Of a stretch of DNA of 64,000 nucleotides, positions 12,142 through 24,523 are shown in pieces. The stretch is taken from assembly GCA_002269645.1 (NCBI GenBank), contig NIVC01000666.1:62001-126000 (forward strand), given 5' to 3'. The notes under the pieces are model-generated. The model was given only the letters and a program-made list of their open reading frames with translations, was not told the origin of the DNA and ran no database searches. Made by a program: the position numbers and the translations under genes. Source of the DNA: Macrostomum lignano. Taxonomy: Eukaryota. How positions within the stretch are numbered: position 1 is the first letter of the stretch; every line of letters begins with the position of its first letter.

Positions 12142-13388
12142 ATGGCGTCGCTGTCTCGAGAGAACCTGCGGGAGCTTCCCTGGACAGAGGACAAATTCGA
12201 GGCCTGGATCGAGCGGTTTGAAGCCGAGATCCGGCGTGAAGGATGAGAAGGAGGAAGTGCATGTTTTCGCCCAAGACCGACTTCTTCATAAGCCTCATGG
12301 GGGAACTGCCTACGACAAGCTGCGGAACCTGGTCGCTCCGGCGAAGCCAGAGAACAAGACCTTCAAGGAATTGAAGGATGAAATTCAGAAGCATGTCGTG
12401 CCGCAGAAGAAACTGGTTGTAGCTGAGCGCTACAAGTTTAACTTACTGAAGCAAGATGAATACGAATCAGCGGCAGATTTTGAGAACAGGTTACGTGCTC
12501 AAGCAGACCGATGTCAATTCGGAGATTTTCTACACGAAGCTTTGCGAGACAGATTCGTGGCAGGACTGCGCAGTGAGTCAGTGGTGAAAGAGCTGCTTAT
12601 CAAAGACCCGCTGACCCTGGAGCTGGCAGTGGAGACCGCCACGGCGCAAGAGCAAGTAAGGCAAGAGCCTTAAGCGCTAATGGAAAGGTGGAAACAGTCA
12701 GTGCGACTAAGGGCAGAGTACGACAACAAAACAGGGCCCAAGCTCAGGGACGCACATTCAGCAAGGCTTGCAATTTCTGTATGAAGAGGCACCCGCCAAA
12801 GGCATGCCCTGCGTTTGGAGCAAAATGTCGAAAATGTGGGAAAATGAATCATTTTGAAGCTGCATGTAAGCTTAACAAGCCAGCTAGCTCACATGGAAGG
12901 ATGGCATCCGGCTCCATCAAAGGAAAGCTGTCAATGCGAGAGTGTGCAGGAATCGAGGAGGATAAACCAGCCAAGGACAATGAGCTTTTTAGCCTATGCG
13001 ATGACCGGGACGGATCAAGCGTCTGGATCAATGTAAAACTGAACGATAAGGACGTTGCTATGATGGTGGACTCTGGTGCATCAGTGGCCTGCATTCCTAA
13101 GATTTTGGCTGAACAACTAGGACTGCATTGGACAGACCCAAATTGTCGACTAACATCATATGGAGGACAAGACCTACCAGTATGTGGTACCGCAGATGTT
13201 CGAGTTCAGACCGAAGATGAAAGTGAGTGCTCATTACCTGTGGTAGTCATGGACATGAACGCAAAGCCGGTTATTGGCCGAAATTGGTTTAGTAGTTTGG
13301 GTATCGAAGTTACCAAACACCGTTGTCAAGCTTCAGTGGCTTATAAGCGAATTCAAGTAAAGTTGGAAGTACGAGAAAACATAACAAT
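12142..13388 (+). pseudogene. Disrupted gag-protease of Mag/Gypsy element (RT, RH and INT absent)
   Basis: ATG overlaps the PBS; Gag motifs AERYKFN and ALRDRFVAGLR; paired Zn knuckles CNFCMKRHPPKAC and CRKCGKMNHFEAAC; protease MVDSGAS; frameshifts and a stop; truncated at about VRENITIP. Confidence 0.88.
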
Positions 13389-14442
13389 ACCATGCAGCCT
13401 ACATTTTTATTTTTGATTGGTTCGGCCTTTTTAAGCCTATAGCTTCGGGCCTCAGAATTCGGAAATGAATCACTTAGAACTCTGGCCTCTCACTCCTGTC
13501 AGATGGTCAGCCCCATCGTAGCTAGATTGTTGGCGAGCAGAAGGTCCTATAGCTAGGAGAAGACAGCGAGAGACAAGCAGGGAGAATTTGAAAGGTAGAA
13601 ATTAGCTAACCCGCGGATTAACTAACTCGCTGCCACCAGTCCGTGCGCCCCGGCTCACCAAACCGGAGCTATCGAAATCGGACTTCCAACTAGAGGGGCA
13701 CTGCACTTACCTGCCATCTAGTGTCTTTTAGCTGTCTATTTCGAAGTCATAGCTGAATAGAAAGGACGCTGCTGGGACTAAGATCGCATTGGCCATGCAG
13801 GGACAGAGAGGACTTCTGCAGGGGGTTCTTGCGCTGGCGAGCCTTCATACACGTACTACTGAAAGTACTATTTCATCACCAAATTCCCAGAAGTACATGT
13901 AAAAGTACACGTAACTGCACGCTTTTGGCACTAAGTGTGTTAACACGTCGACAGACAGCGATGATGTAGATGCATTGTCACTTTCGGAGATCGTTAGACT
14001 TATATTTAACTTACTTAGCCTCTTGACTGCCTGTGACCGCGCCAAAGCGCCAGTCTGGCACTTAATTTGCATGCTTAACATAATGATTTCTTAGATCGAC
14101 TGATTGACTGGGAACTGTGCCGCTTCCGGTCCACTGTGACCTCTGCCTCTAGATTTAGCCGCTCATCTCAGCTGGCATTGCGAAAAAGAAAGAAAACGCT
14201 AAGTCTTTAACTTCCAGATTTAACTTTCTCACTTAATCCGCAATCCAAAACACTTTAGATTGAGTTAGAGCAAATGGCTACTTTTAATATTAACTGACAC
14301 TTCTGCCTCGAGATTGGCATACAAAAGCAAGTAAGCAAAAGCGCAAATCCTATCAGACTACCTAGGGAGGGGTCAGTCAAAGGGTGCACCCAGTTAAGCA
14401 GGTCAAGAGAGCCTCTCACCAAACCAATCAGAGGTAGCCAAG

Positions 14443-17400
14443 TGTTATGTTCTTGGCCTTAAGCCACAGTAATCGGTGCTAGGCCGAAAATGAGTTAATA
14501 TATTCGGTCGCTTGTTTAGGGTCGACATATAAACGGGGGCAGATGGTTTCGCACAAAGACGATTAATTCGCATGCGCACACAACATCTTCCCTTTTAAGC
14601 AAAACAGTTTTACAGTTCTTTCTTCCTCATCTCCCCTTTTAAGCGTTAACTGGTTCACCCAACTTCCTGTAATGCAACTTGGGTGCCGGGACTCCCTTGT
14701 TCGACCGTTGACTTCGCCTTGGCTGTGCGGTCTTTGGCTTGTCCGGGCCGTCTTGTGCTTCACCTTCCTTCTGAGATGCACCAGTAGTAGAGAGCTGTTC
14801 TTGTGGTAGACATCGGCGGATTTACACACAATTGCGACGGAAAATTCGGCCGCTGACTAACTTGACCATGTAGTCCTGGTGCCGACCAACTTCTACTACG
14901 ACGCCCTTCTTGTCCCAAAGCTTGGTGACAGGGTTTTGAAGAACAACGTGACTGCCGACTCGGAGAATTTCCAGTTGTCGCTTCGAGGCATTGTAGTGTT
15001 GATGAACTTTAGCGTGAATTTCTGCAGCCTTTTCCTTCATTTTCCAGACCTTGTCCTTCCTTTCCTTTGCAAAACTTTTGCAATGCGCGGGCAGCGTGTC
15101 TCTGACTGTGTGTCCATAGACCATTACAGATGGAATTCTGCCATCGTACATTGGCGTGTTTCGCAGCTGCAGCAAACCCTGAGCCATCTTGTCTTTGTCC
15201 AAGTCATTCAAGCGACTGTTCCATGCTCCTCGAACGATCTTCTTTATACTTTTCACGGCAGCTTCTGCTCTTCCATTGCTTTGATGGTAATACGGAGATG
15301 AGTATTTGATGTTCACACCCCAGCGACGTAAAAAATTAACGAACGGCTGTGCTTTAAATTGTGGCCCACAGTCTGCACAGAATTTCTCCGGTACAGCTGT
15401 TTGGCAAAAGAATTCGCGGCAAGCGTTTATCAGCTTGTACGTGGGTGCTCGATCACCGAAATGACAGAACGCTGGCCAGCCTGAGTATGCATCCACGAGC
15501 ACAAGGAACTTCTTGCCGGCATGCTCGCAGAAATCTGCATGTATGTGTTGAAAACATCGATCCGGTTGGTCCTGGGTTGTCATCGGCTCCCTGATCTGCG
15601 ATGGTAGATGTTCCCGACAGGACTGACACTGCTTGACTGTATTTTCAATGTCCCGATCGATGCCAGGCCAGTAGAGGACCATCCTTGCTCTCTGCTTTGT
15701 CTTGTGCAGACCTTGGTGACTTGCGTGTAAGTCCGTCAAAATCTGCTTCCTCATTGCATGTGGTATGACGCAACGACATCCTCATAGAATGATGCCGTCG
15801 TCGACTGAGAGCTTGTCTCTTACATGCCAAAATGACCGAATGCAAAGAGGTAAGTTTGCCTTGTCATTGGGAAAGCCATCCCGAATATATTGCATCAGGT
15901 CTTGCAACTCCTGATCAGAAGCTGTGCTTTGTCGCACGCTTTGCAGAATAGGATCCAGCTCTGCTGATTCGAGGTGCATTAAGAGCTGATTGGTAAGTTG
16001 AAAATCTGCAGACTCGCCCAGTTCATCCTGTGCAGTCGGATTGTCCACTGGTGCTCGCGACAGAGCGTCTGCGTCGGCATTTTCCTTGCCTTTTACCCAT
16101 CGCGCCTTGTATACGTAGCGGTTCAGTTTCGCCCGAAGACGCTGAATCCTGGGATTTTCTATTTGATCCAGCTGATAACTGTTCAGGATTGGTATCAGCG
16201 GCTTGTGGTCGGTTACAATTTCAAACTCATGAAGGCCCTCAAGGAAGAGTCTGCACTTCTGAGTCGCCCAGACCACAGCTAACAGTTCCAACTCGATCAT
16301 GGCATAGCGTGACTCGGTCTCTGAAATGAATCTCGAGCCAGCTTGAACCACACGCCAGCTTCCATCGGTCTGCTGCTGTTTGAGCAAGAATCCGATTCCC
16401 TTAAGTCGAGATGCATCCGTGTGCAGGGGCTGTTGGCTTGCGTTGGTCATAATAGGCCAGTGTAGGAGCAATTGCCAGGCGGCGACGGGCTTCTTCAAAT
16501 GCCGTTTGATGTTCGTCTCCCCATTGAAATAAATTCTTCTCGGACAGCAGCGACCTTAACGAGGCTGTAACTTCTGCTATGTCTGACGTAAACGTGCCGA
16601 CTTGGTTGACTAGGCCAAAGAACGCGCGTAGGTCGGTAATATTGTTTGGAGTGGGAAATTTTCTGACCGCTTTCATAAGCTCCGGATCAATGCTGTAGCC
16701 ATCAGCTGACAATCGAAATCCGGCAAAATCAATTTGAGTCTTGCAAAATGCAAACTTCTTTTTATTTAATGCTACCCCATTGTCTTGACAGCGCTGCAGA
16801 AACTGACGAACCGCTTGTACGTGTGATTCCTCGTCAGAAGTTGCGACCAGACAGTCATCAACGACATGCCGAATTTCCTTGAGTCCTTGAAAAGTGTCGT
16901 CAAGTCTCTGGTTGTAATATTCAGAAATAGAGCTTATACCGAATGGTGCCATCCTAAACATATAACGACCAAACGGCGTGATGAACGTTGTCAGGTGCAT
17001 ACTTTCTTTAGCCAGCGGTATTTGGTGGTATCCTTTCAAGGCGTCAACTACAGAGAAATACTTGGCGCGACTAGCATCTGTGCTTGCAACGACTTCCAAT
17101 GGCGTCTGAGACTGGTACCTTGGTCGAATAACATATTTGTTTAATTCCCGAAAGTCGACGCACATCCGTATCCCATTGTCTTTCTTTGGCGCCACCACTA
17201 TCGATGCACACCACGGCGTAGGAGCAGTGACTTTGCAGATTATTTCCTGAGCTTCCAACGAGTCCAGCTCAGCTTTAAGTCGCTCGTACAATGGGAACGG
17301 TATCTTCCTTGGTGTCTTAATGAAGAAAGGTTGAGCGTCTTCACGAAGCTTGATCGAAAATTCTTCACCCTTCATTGGTCTTACTATCCCATCGAATACA

Positions 17401-18988
17401 GCCGGGAATTCGCTGATTAGGTCTTCTGCTGTAGCAGTTCTTGTGGCGATCGAGTTGATTTGTTGTCGAGGAAAATACCTGGGAATTATTCCCAAATCAA
17501 CACATGCTCTCCATGACAAGACCGGTACCATCAGGCGATCAAGAACGTAAATTTCTGTTGTGATCTTGGTCTCACCGATCGAGATGGAGTCGCGAAACTT
17601 TCCTATTACTTTCATGCACTGTCCATTCGCGGCTGTTGGACCATCAGCGGCTTCTAAAATTCGTGGCCTCTTTGCCAGCTTTTGCATGTCTTCTACTCTG
17701 ATAGCGGTTATATTTGAGCCAGTGTCGGGCATCATTGTTAGTGTGACACCTCTGATTTGTACATTCACTACGGGACAATCAGGTTGCAGCATGGCTATTA
17801 GAGATTGAATGTTTCCTTTTCGCGACGATTCACTGGGTTTTTTGCTTAGTGTATTTTTCGAGCGGCACACTCTATCGAAGTGCCCTTTTTTGCCACAGCG
17901 ACGACAAGTTTTGTCTCTGGCCGGACATGTCTCACCCGAGTGCTTTTGCTTACCGCAGTAGCCACACGATTGACTTTTGCTCGTCTGGGGTTGTCCTTTT
18001 AGGAATCCCGGGTGCTTAGTCGTCCTGTACGCAGATATTTTAGCGCATTCAGGCTCGCTGACTTGCAAATTTCGTCCCGCTGTTTTACGCATGCTTCTTC
18101 AGATTGGCAAATTGTAATTGCCTCGGTGAGACTGAGTTTCGGCTGGGCCAGCAGGCGTTTTACCGTATCTGGATCTCTGATTCCCAGGACGATTTTGTCC
18201 TGTAATAAATCGTCTGAGTGCTTACAAAATGCACAAGTTCTTATCAGGTCTCTTAATTCCATGATGTAGTCGGAGAATGTTTCGCCGTCCTTTTGCTGAC
18301 GAGTCCAGAACCGATTGCGCTCAACAATAACGTTCACTTGCCCGAGTAGGTGCTCCCGCAAAGTCTTGATGACCAATTCCGGGTCTCGAAGTTGTTCCAC
18401 AGATAGGGGCAGGTTTTTGTATTTGTTGAACGTCGCAGCAAAGAAAGAGTTTAAAACGCAGGCCCTGCGGTGGGCGGATTTCTGTGCCTTCACTTTGGGG
18501 CTGTCCGCTTCGCTCAGCTTGACCCCCATTGCCTCGAAATAGGCCTCGATGGTCGCTTGCCATGCGTCGAACTCGTCTATAGTATCTGTTGCTAGATCGA
18601 GACGCGGGATCTGTAGCCCAGGAAGGCTGAACCGACTGGTACTTGCAGTCACAGCAGCGGCTCCTGCTCCTTGGCTTGTCACTGGTCTCGTAGGCGATAT
18701 CGATCGCGGGGCCTTTGATCCCATCGCTGGATTCGGGCTTTTGCTCGTTCTAGCTGGTTCTTGACTGTCGGCAGATTCCGTATGTCCGAATGCAGTGTAG
18801 GATGCAACTTAAGAATCAGTGCATCAAAATCCTGCTTGCGACGCCATGTTATGTTCTTGGCCTTAAGCCACAGTAATCGGTGCTAGGCCGAAAATGAGTT
18901 AATATATTTGGTCGCTTGTTTAGGGTCGACATATAAACGGGGCAGATGGTTTCGCACATAGACGAATAATTCGCATGCGCACACAACA
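14443..18988 (-). mobile_element. Full-length (4.55 kb) Ty3/Gypsy Mag-lineage LTR retrotransposon
   Basis: LTRs 14443-14585 and 18847-18988 (TGTT..AACA, 3 substitutions + 1 indel); PBS 18829-18846; PPT 14586-14600; TSD ccaag/tcaag (4/5); domain order gag-PR-RT-RH-INT. Confidence 0.96.
14639..18724 (-). pseudogene. gag-pol polyprotein broken by 2 frameshifts and 2 nonsense codons
   Basis: Two CCHC knuckles, protease MPDTGS, RT (VDALKGYHQI, HVVDDCLV), RNase H (HTDAS, ELELLAV, TDHKPL), integrase (H-H-C-C zinc finger, HADF, GRAEAAV); frameshifts at ~18050 and ~16430; in-frame stops at 15782 and 14822. Confidence 0.93.
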
Positions 18989-19276
18989 TCAAGGAATCCA
19001 CAGAGACCGAAGCGCTCAGACGGGATGCTGCTGATCTTGACTGACGATCGCCGCCGCTACTCTTCACTTGCCGAAGGTCGTTGCTGCTTTCGGTTCGCGG
19101 CCGGGAGAGACTGGTGACGTTCTCCCGAGGGAAAACTTAGCTGCTGAAGCCGAAGCTGCCGGGGGAAGGGGGCTCAGATGCCGAAGGGGCAGCCGGAACA
19201 AGATACCAGCAAGTCCGGAAACACCCAAAAGGTCGGGGAAGCAGCAGGTTACTTGAGCGCGGGTCGAGTTGCCGCC

Positions 19277-19408
19277 TTTTATAGCTCTCACGCGGCCGAT
19301 TTGTTATTACGCACGCCGAATTTTCCGATTGGATGAGAGCTTTTGTTAAAATAGGTGCCGAATTTTCTGGTTGGTCGAGCCGGGGGCAGTCAGGTCGACT
19401 CTGATTGG
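19277..19408 (-). promoter_or_regulatory. Leftward Pol II promoter: TATA plus two CCAAT boxes
   Basis: Minus strand reads gagagcTATAAAAggc at ~19277-19283; CCAAT boxes at ~19329-19333 and 19404-19408. Confidence 0.55.
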
Positions 19409-20210
19409 CTGAGCTCAAGACCCCAAAACCTAACCCACCAGGTGGCCTTCAGACCCCAGGGAAGTTGACAGGTGCGGTCATAAATCATAAGCAAAACATA
19501 ATAAAAGTCACTTGTCTCGACATCCTGGCGCCAAAAGTGACAGCAAAACGCCCATAAATCAAAGGAGAAAGCAACAGAGCGAGTGGGGAGAAAGCTGGAA
19601 AGACCTCTGACCCAGACAAGCTGGAGCCAAAAGTGACAGCTAGACGGCCATAAATCACCGAAAACAGTAAAAAAGCCACAAATCTGGGGGTCAGAACGAG
19701 GTTGAAAACGTTCCTTCCAGACTTAGTGTCGCCTGTCTAGACTGTTGGAGGTCAATTCATCTCAAACCCAGACAGTCTGACCTTCAATGGTGCGTAAAAA
19801 ATCCAAAATCAGAATCCCAAGAGAAGTACACTGAGTTTCAAACATAACTAATACACCTTTTCACGTTCAATTTTGAACAAAGTCCAGTTCTAAAAAAACT
19901 AGCGGAAATTCAATTCAGACAATTCAGACTGGGGCAACAAAACCCAGTTCAAAACATTCTGCCATGGAAGCGAGGTTTAGCCATAGACAAAATTGTAATG
20001 GCATAAATTAGTATAGAACTTAGCCTAGATGAGAGAATGGAGAGAAATACCTAAGCTAGCCTACTGACAGTAGGGGAAAAGCGCATCGAAGCAAAATGTG
20101 CAGTTCTAAAATTGAAAAAAGGTGCGTCCTCATCATTTTTTCAAAACGATATAAAACGCAACTATTTAACACAAGGAGGACGTGTTGTCCCCTCTGTGAA
20201 GACATCTGAC

Positions 20211-20380
20211 GGTATCCAGTCAATCCGGCGACAGACGATCCGGCGACAGGCAAAATGGCGACAGTCAAATCGGCGACAGAAAATCGGCGATCGTCTGTCG
20301 CCGATTTGACTGTCGCCAGATCGTCTGTCGCCGGATCGTCTTGTCGCCGGATCGTCTTGTCGCCGGATTGTCTGGAAGCC
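20211..20380. mobile_element. 170-bp palindromic MITE, copy 1 (8-bp TSD)
   Basis: TIR GGTATCCAGtcaatccggcgaca versus GGCTTCCAGacaatccggcgaca (rc); perfect TSD catctgac; arms of ggcgacag / ctgtcgcc repeats. Confidence 0.88.
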
Positions 20381-21356
20381 CATCTGACACTAGCTTTTCA
20401 TAAGTTCAGTTCGAAACTTCGAATGCAATTGCGAATGGAAATCCGCTAAAAATGTGATTTAGCTTAGTAGAGAAGCTCATTACTTTAAAAAAACGTATTT
20501 TTTTGCATATCATACTTAAAGTTTTGATTCAAGGGAAACAAATTTTACATTAATGCATAAAATGTTGTTAGAACTATTTTATCGTGCCGTCCAGGTTTTC
20601 GCGCTATTTTGATTTATCAAATAGAAATTTTTTATCACTAAAAGCTACCTAATTGTATTATTTTTACTATCACTTCTTGACCGAATGTTAAATTATCAAT
20701 TATTTGTTAGTAAAGCTAAGTTGTTTTGATAAATTTACCATAAAAATTAATTGCGATTTTTAAAACTATAATCCCCTTTGAATGAAAATGGAGGTATGTA
20801 CATAATAATTCTAGTGTGGTATGGCAGGTATGCCTGGTATGGTCATGTATTTGCATATTAATTAGGCCTACACTAGCATTTGTACCAGACTACCAGTAGC
20901 ACCAAATAAACAATAAAGTAATAATAAAATAGTTATATTAATATCAAAATAATTTTCGTTAATTAATTACTATCTCTGCTCAATTTGATAATGATCTAGC
21001 TTCCTAGCAGGCTAGCTATAGCCTAGACAATTACAGTCATTTTTTGCAAAACTCAAAAGTGTTTATAGAAAACTTTAGGTCCAGACTCAGCTACAATTTA
21101 TTATCAATTTTGGCAAGATTAGATTTAAATAGACTTAAATAAGGAGTATTGGGTTTCTTTTTTGCTGCCAATAGTGCAGTTTTGTTCGTGAAATTATTTT
21201 TCATGTAAATTTGAAAGTTCAAAACCAGAAAACAATAACAACAATAAAAATTGATGCTTTAAACCATTCTAACGATTGTGGCAGAGTTTTTAGCTCCCTG
21301 GTTGCTGAATTTGCCAACTTGTCATTGTGTTCTAGTGGCAGATACAGAGCTTGTCA

Positions 21357-21794
21357 CTAGGCACTGTAGTAGTGGTGAATCCAGAAAAGCATGTTTTCAA
21401 AAGCCCTGTTTGCTCCAAACAGTCGGCGCTACATAAACTCCTGGATGTGGCTCTCGAAGAGGGCATTGTTTGTTCCATGCATGGCCCTGAATTTGGCCTT
21501 GCAATGTGCCCATGTTCCCTCAATCGTGTTAGTGTAGAGAGTCACATCATTTGGGTCCACAAAATGGAGTCAATGGTTCACAACACCATGGTCTCCGTGG
21601 CCACCAACTACATTCGCCACTTGGTTGTAGGCTTGCCAACCATCAGTCAAGATCTGTGTGCTAGGCAGGACAAACTGCTGGATTATAAGAAGTAGTGTCT
21701 GAGTAGGCCTATTAGGCACAACAACTGAAGAGCATTTGCTGGCAGCACTTCATTTGGCAGAATTATCCATGAGGGTCTTGGTGGTTGTCCAGCC
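21357..21794 (-). pseudogene. Merlin / IS1595(ISXO2)-family DDE transposase relic, copy 1
   Basis: Hand translation through stops: VVPNRPTQTLLLIIQQFVLPSTQILTDGWQAY...VVNH*LHFVDP...TNTIEGTWAHCK...QEFM*RR. Confidence 0.82.
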
Positions 21795-23447
21795 ATGATA
21801 CAATATATTGTCCAAAAGAAAAAGCAGATACTAGCAGCTTCTCAGCTAAAGGGAAACAGTTGAAGCCCCCTCCCACTTGAGCCCCTTTTGATTTTTTAAA
21901 CTATTTTTTCCATAAACAACTTGCGTTTCAAGTAGCATTCGAGTGTGGCACAGATTTAATGAAAAAAGTATATTAATAGAGCGCCCATTTGCTTTAAAGT
22001 TCCGTGACCAGTGAGCTCTAACACAGTCACTATAATGGTTAAAAACATTGTTGGTATTGTTTTCTAGTTTCAAACTTTCTCATTTAAAAGAAAAATAATT
22101 TCGCAAATGAAACTGCACTATTGCCTTTTTGCTCTATATAGTTATAATTGCTTTTTAAATATTTAGGTTATAGTCCATTTGTTTGAAAATTTAGTTATTA
22201 TATTCTTAATCTCAACTTTAAAAAGAGTAAACACAGCAAGTAGGATATGTAGATAACTAATTGGATTCTTAGAAAATTATTTTTAGGCATTTACAAATCA
22301 TTTTTAGTATTGTACTAATATATTCTTATATTTGCTTACTGCTGCAATAATTTAAGATTTATATATAATCATTGTAATGTTTTTTATTTCAATAATAAAC
22401 AAAATTATTGAATAAAAAAATTTAAATCATTTTTTTATTTCAATAATAAATAATGCCAAAGGGATCAATCATAATAAAAGTATTTTTTTGTATTTTAGCA
22501 GAAAAAATACCTAATAAAGATTTTGTTTAAATTTGAAAAGCTATAAAAGCTTTTGCTAATATATTATATATATTAAGATATAATACAAGGATATATCTAT
22601 GGTTTACATAAACACAATTATTGCTATTCAGTAATATTATACATAGAACATGCAAGAAAGCAAAAGATAATGTCATGCATAGAAAAAAGTTATAGAATAA
22701 GGTTACATGTCCATCTTCTTCATATAGTCCTTGCTTGTATGATACTATAACTGTATAATATATATAATAATATTTTTCATATACTTATAGCAGTACTAGG
22801 CAGCTATTTATTATTGGAATTATGCTTTTACATGTGCCCCTTCTATATACTAGACCATGTTGCATGTATACATATACACAGTAGCAAGGGCTAGCTGGAC
22901 TTTATAGTTTTGTATCCAAAAAGCTTATTGCATTCAAAGTATAAGGAATTCTACTTATCCAATGGCTGAAATATACTAATTTATGCTACCTATTCATGTA
23001 TTTTGTTTTGTATAAGCAGTAAATCAACAGTAAAAAGTGAGTGTTGGTCATACTAAATTTTGTATTTTCTGAATTTCAATTCTGGAAAGTTTCAATTTTG
23101 ATTTCAGGAAGTAGCAAATTTCAATTTCAGTTTTGATTTTGACAAAAAATGCACTTTAGGAACATCTCTATAACAAATATAGCCAAAGTTCTTTTAAGTA
23201 ATAAATAATCTATTTACATATTTTTCATTGCTCCAATTTTAAGAAACTAGAAATTCTACAAAGGAATTCTGTTATAGAATAAAAGTAGTTTAATATCAGT
23301 AAATGCTAAAAAAGTAACAATATTGCTAGCATTTCTGTTACTAATACCAATGTAATGACAATCATGTCATCTTACATGATTACTGTAGATATGTATTTAT
23401 TCATATCTGGTATTCACAATCTCTGTTTTACATCTGCACTCCAATAG

Positions 23448-23612
23448 ATTGCTCTGGACTCCATGGTTCGTTATGTGTCGCCAATCAATCCGGCTGTGTT
23501 CCCGCACCTCACCCTGGTGCTGCTCGGCATTGGAATCTTCTTCACTGATTGGCTGAGCTCAAGACCCCAAAACCTAACCCACCAGGTGGCCTTCAGACCC
23601 CAGGGAAGTTGA
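23448..23612 (+). pseudogene. TMEM258: 3'-truncated chimeric TMEM258 copy 1
   Basis: Exon 2 reads [33 protein letters not shown], crosses the junction into [21 protein letters not shown] and stops at 23610-23612. Confidence 0.85.
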
Positions 23613-24353
23613 CAGGTGCGGTCATAAATCATAAGCAAAACATAATAAAAGTCACTTGTCTCGACATCCTGGCGCCAAAAGTGACAGCAAAACGCCCATA
23701 AATCAAAGGAGAAAGCAACAGAGCGAGTGGGGAGAAAGCTGGAAAGACCTCTGACCCAGACAAGCTGGAGCCAAAAGTGACAGCTAGACGGCCATAAATC
23801 ACCGAAAACAGTAAAAAAGCCACAAATCTGGGGGTCAGAACGAGGTTGAAAACGTTCCTTCCAGACTTAGTGTCGCCTGTCTAGACTGTTGGAGGTCAAT
23901 TCATCTCAAACCCAGACAGTCTGACCTTCAATGGTGCGTAAAAAATCCAAAATCAGAATCCCAAGAGAAGTACACTGAGTTTCAAACATAACTAATACAC
24001 CTTTTCACGTTCAATTTTGAACAAAGTCCAGTTCTAAAAAAACTAGCAGAAATTCAATTCAGACAATTCAGACTGGGGCAACAAAACCCAGTTCAAAACA
24101 TTCTGCCATGGAAGCGAGGTTTAGCCATAGACAAAATGTAATGGCATAAATTAGTATAGAACTTAGCCTAGATGAGAGAATGGAGAGAAATACCTAAGCT
24201 AGCCTACTGACAGTAGGGGAAAAGCGCATCGAAGCAAAATGTGCAGTTCTAAAATTAAAAAAAGGTGCGTCCTCATCATTTTTTCAAAACGATATAAAAC
24301 GCAACTATTTAACACAAGGAGGACGTGTTGTCCCCTCTGTGAAGACATCTGAC

Positions 24354-24523
24354 GGTATCCAGTCAATCCGGCGACAGACGATCCGGCGACAGGCAAAATG
24401 GCGACAGTCAAATCGGCGACAGAAAATCGGCGATCGTCTGTCGCCGATTTGACTGTCGCCAGATCGTCTGTCGCCGGATCGTATTGTCGCCGGATCGTCT
24501 TGTCGCCGGATTGTCTGGAAGCC
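24354..24523. mobile_element. Palindromic MITE, copy 2
   Basis: Same element carried by the triplication. Confidence 0.88.

Noticed and set aside
14879-18764. Plus-strand ORFs over the Gypsy element
   Set aside because: Antisense shadows of gag-pol.
19425-19436. cctaaccc as a telomerase RNA template
   Set aside because: A single 8-mer with no supporting structure.
21351-21695. 114-aa plus-strand ORF, three copies
   Set aside because: Antisense shadow of the Merlin transposase relic.
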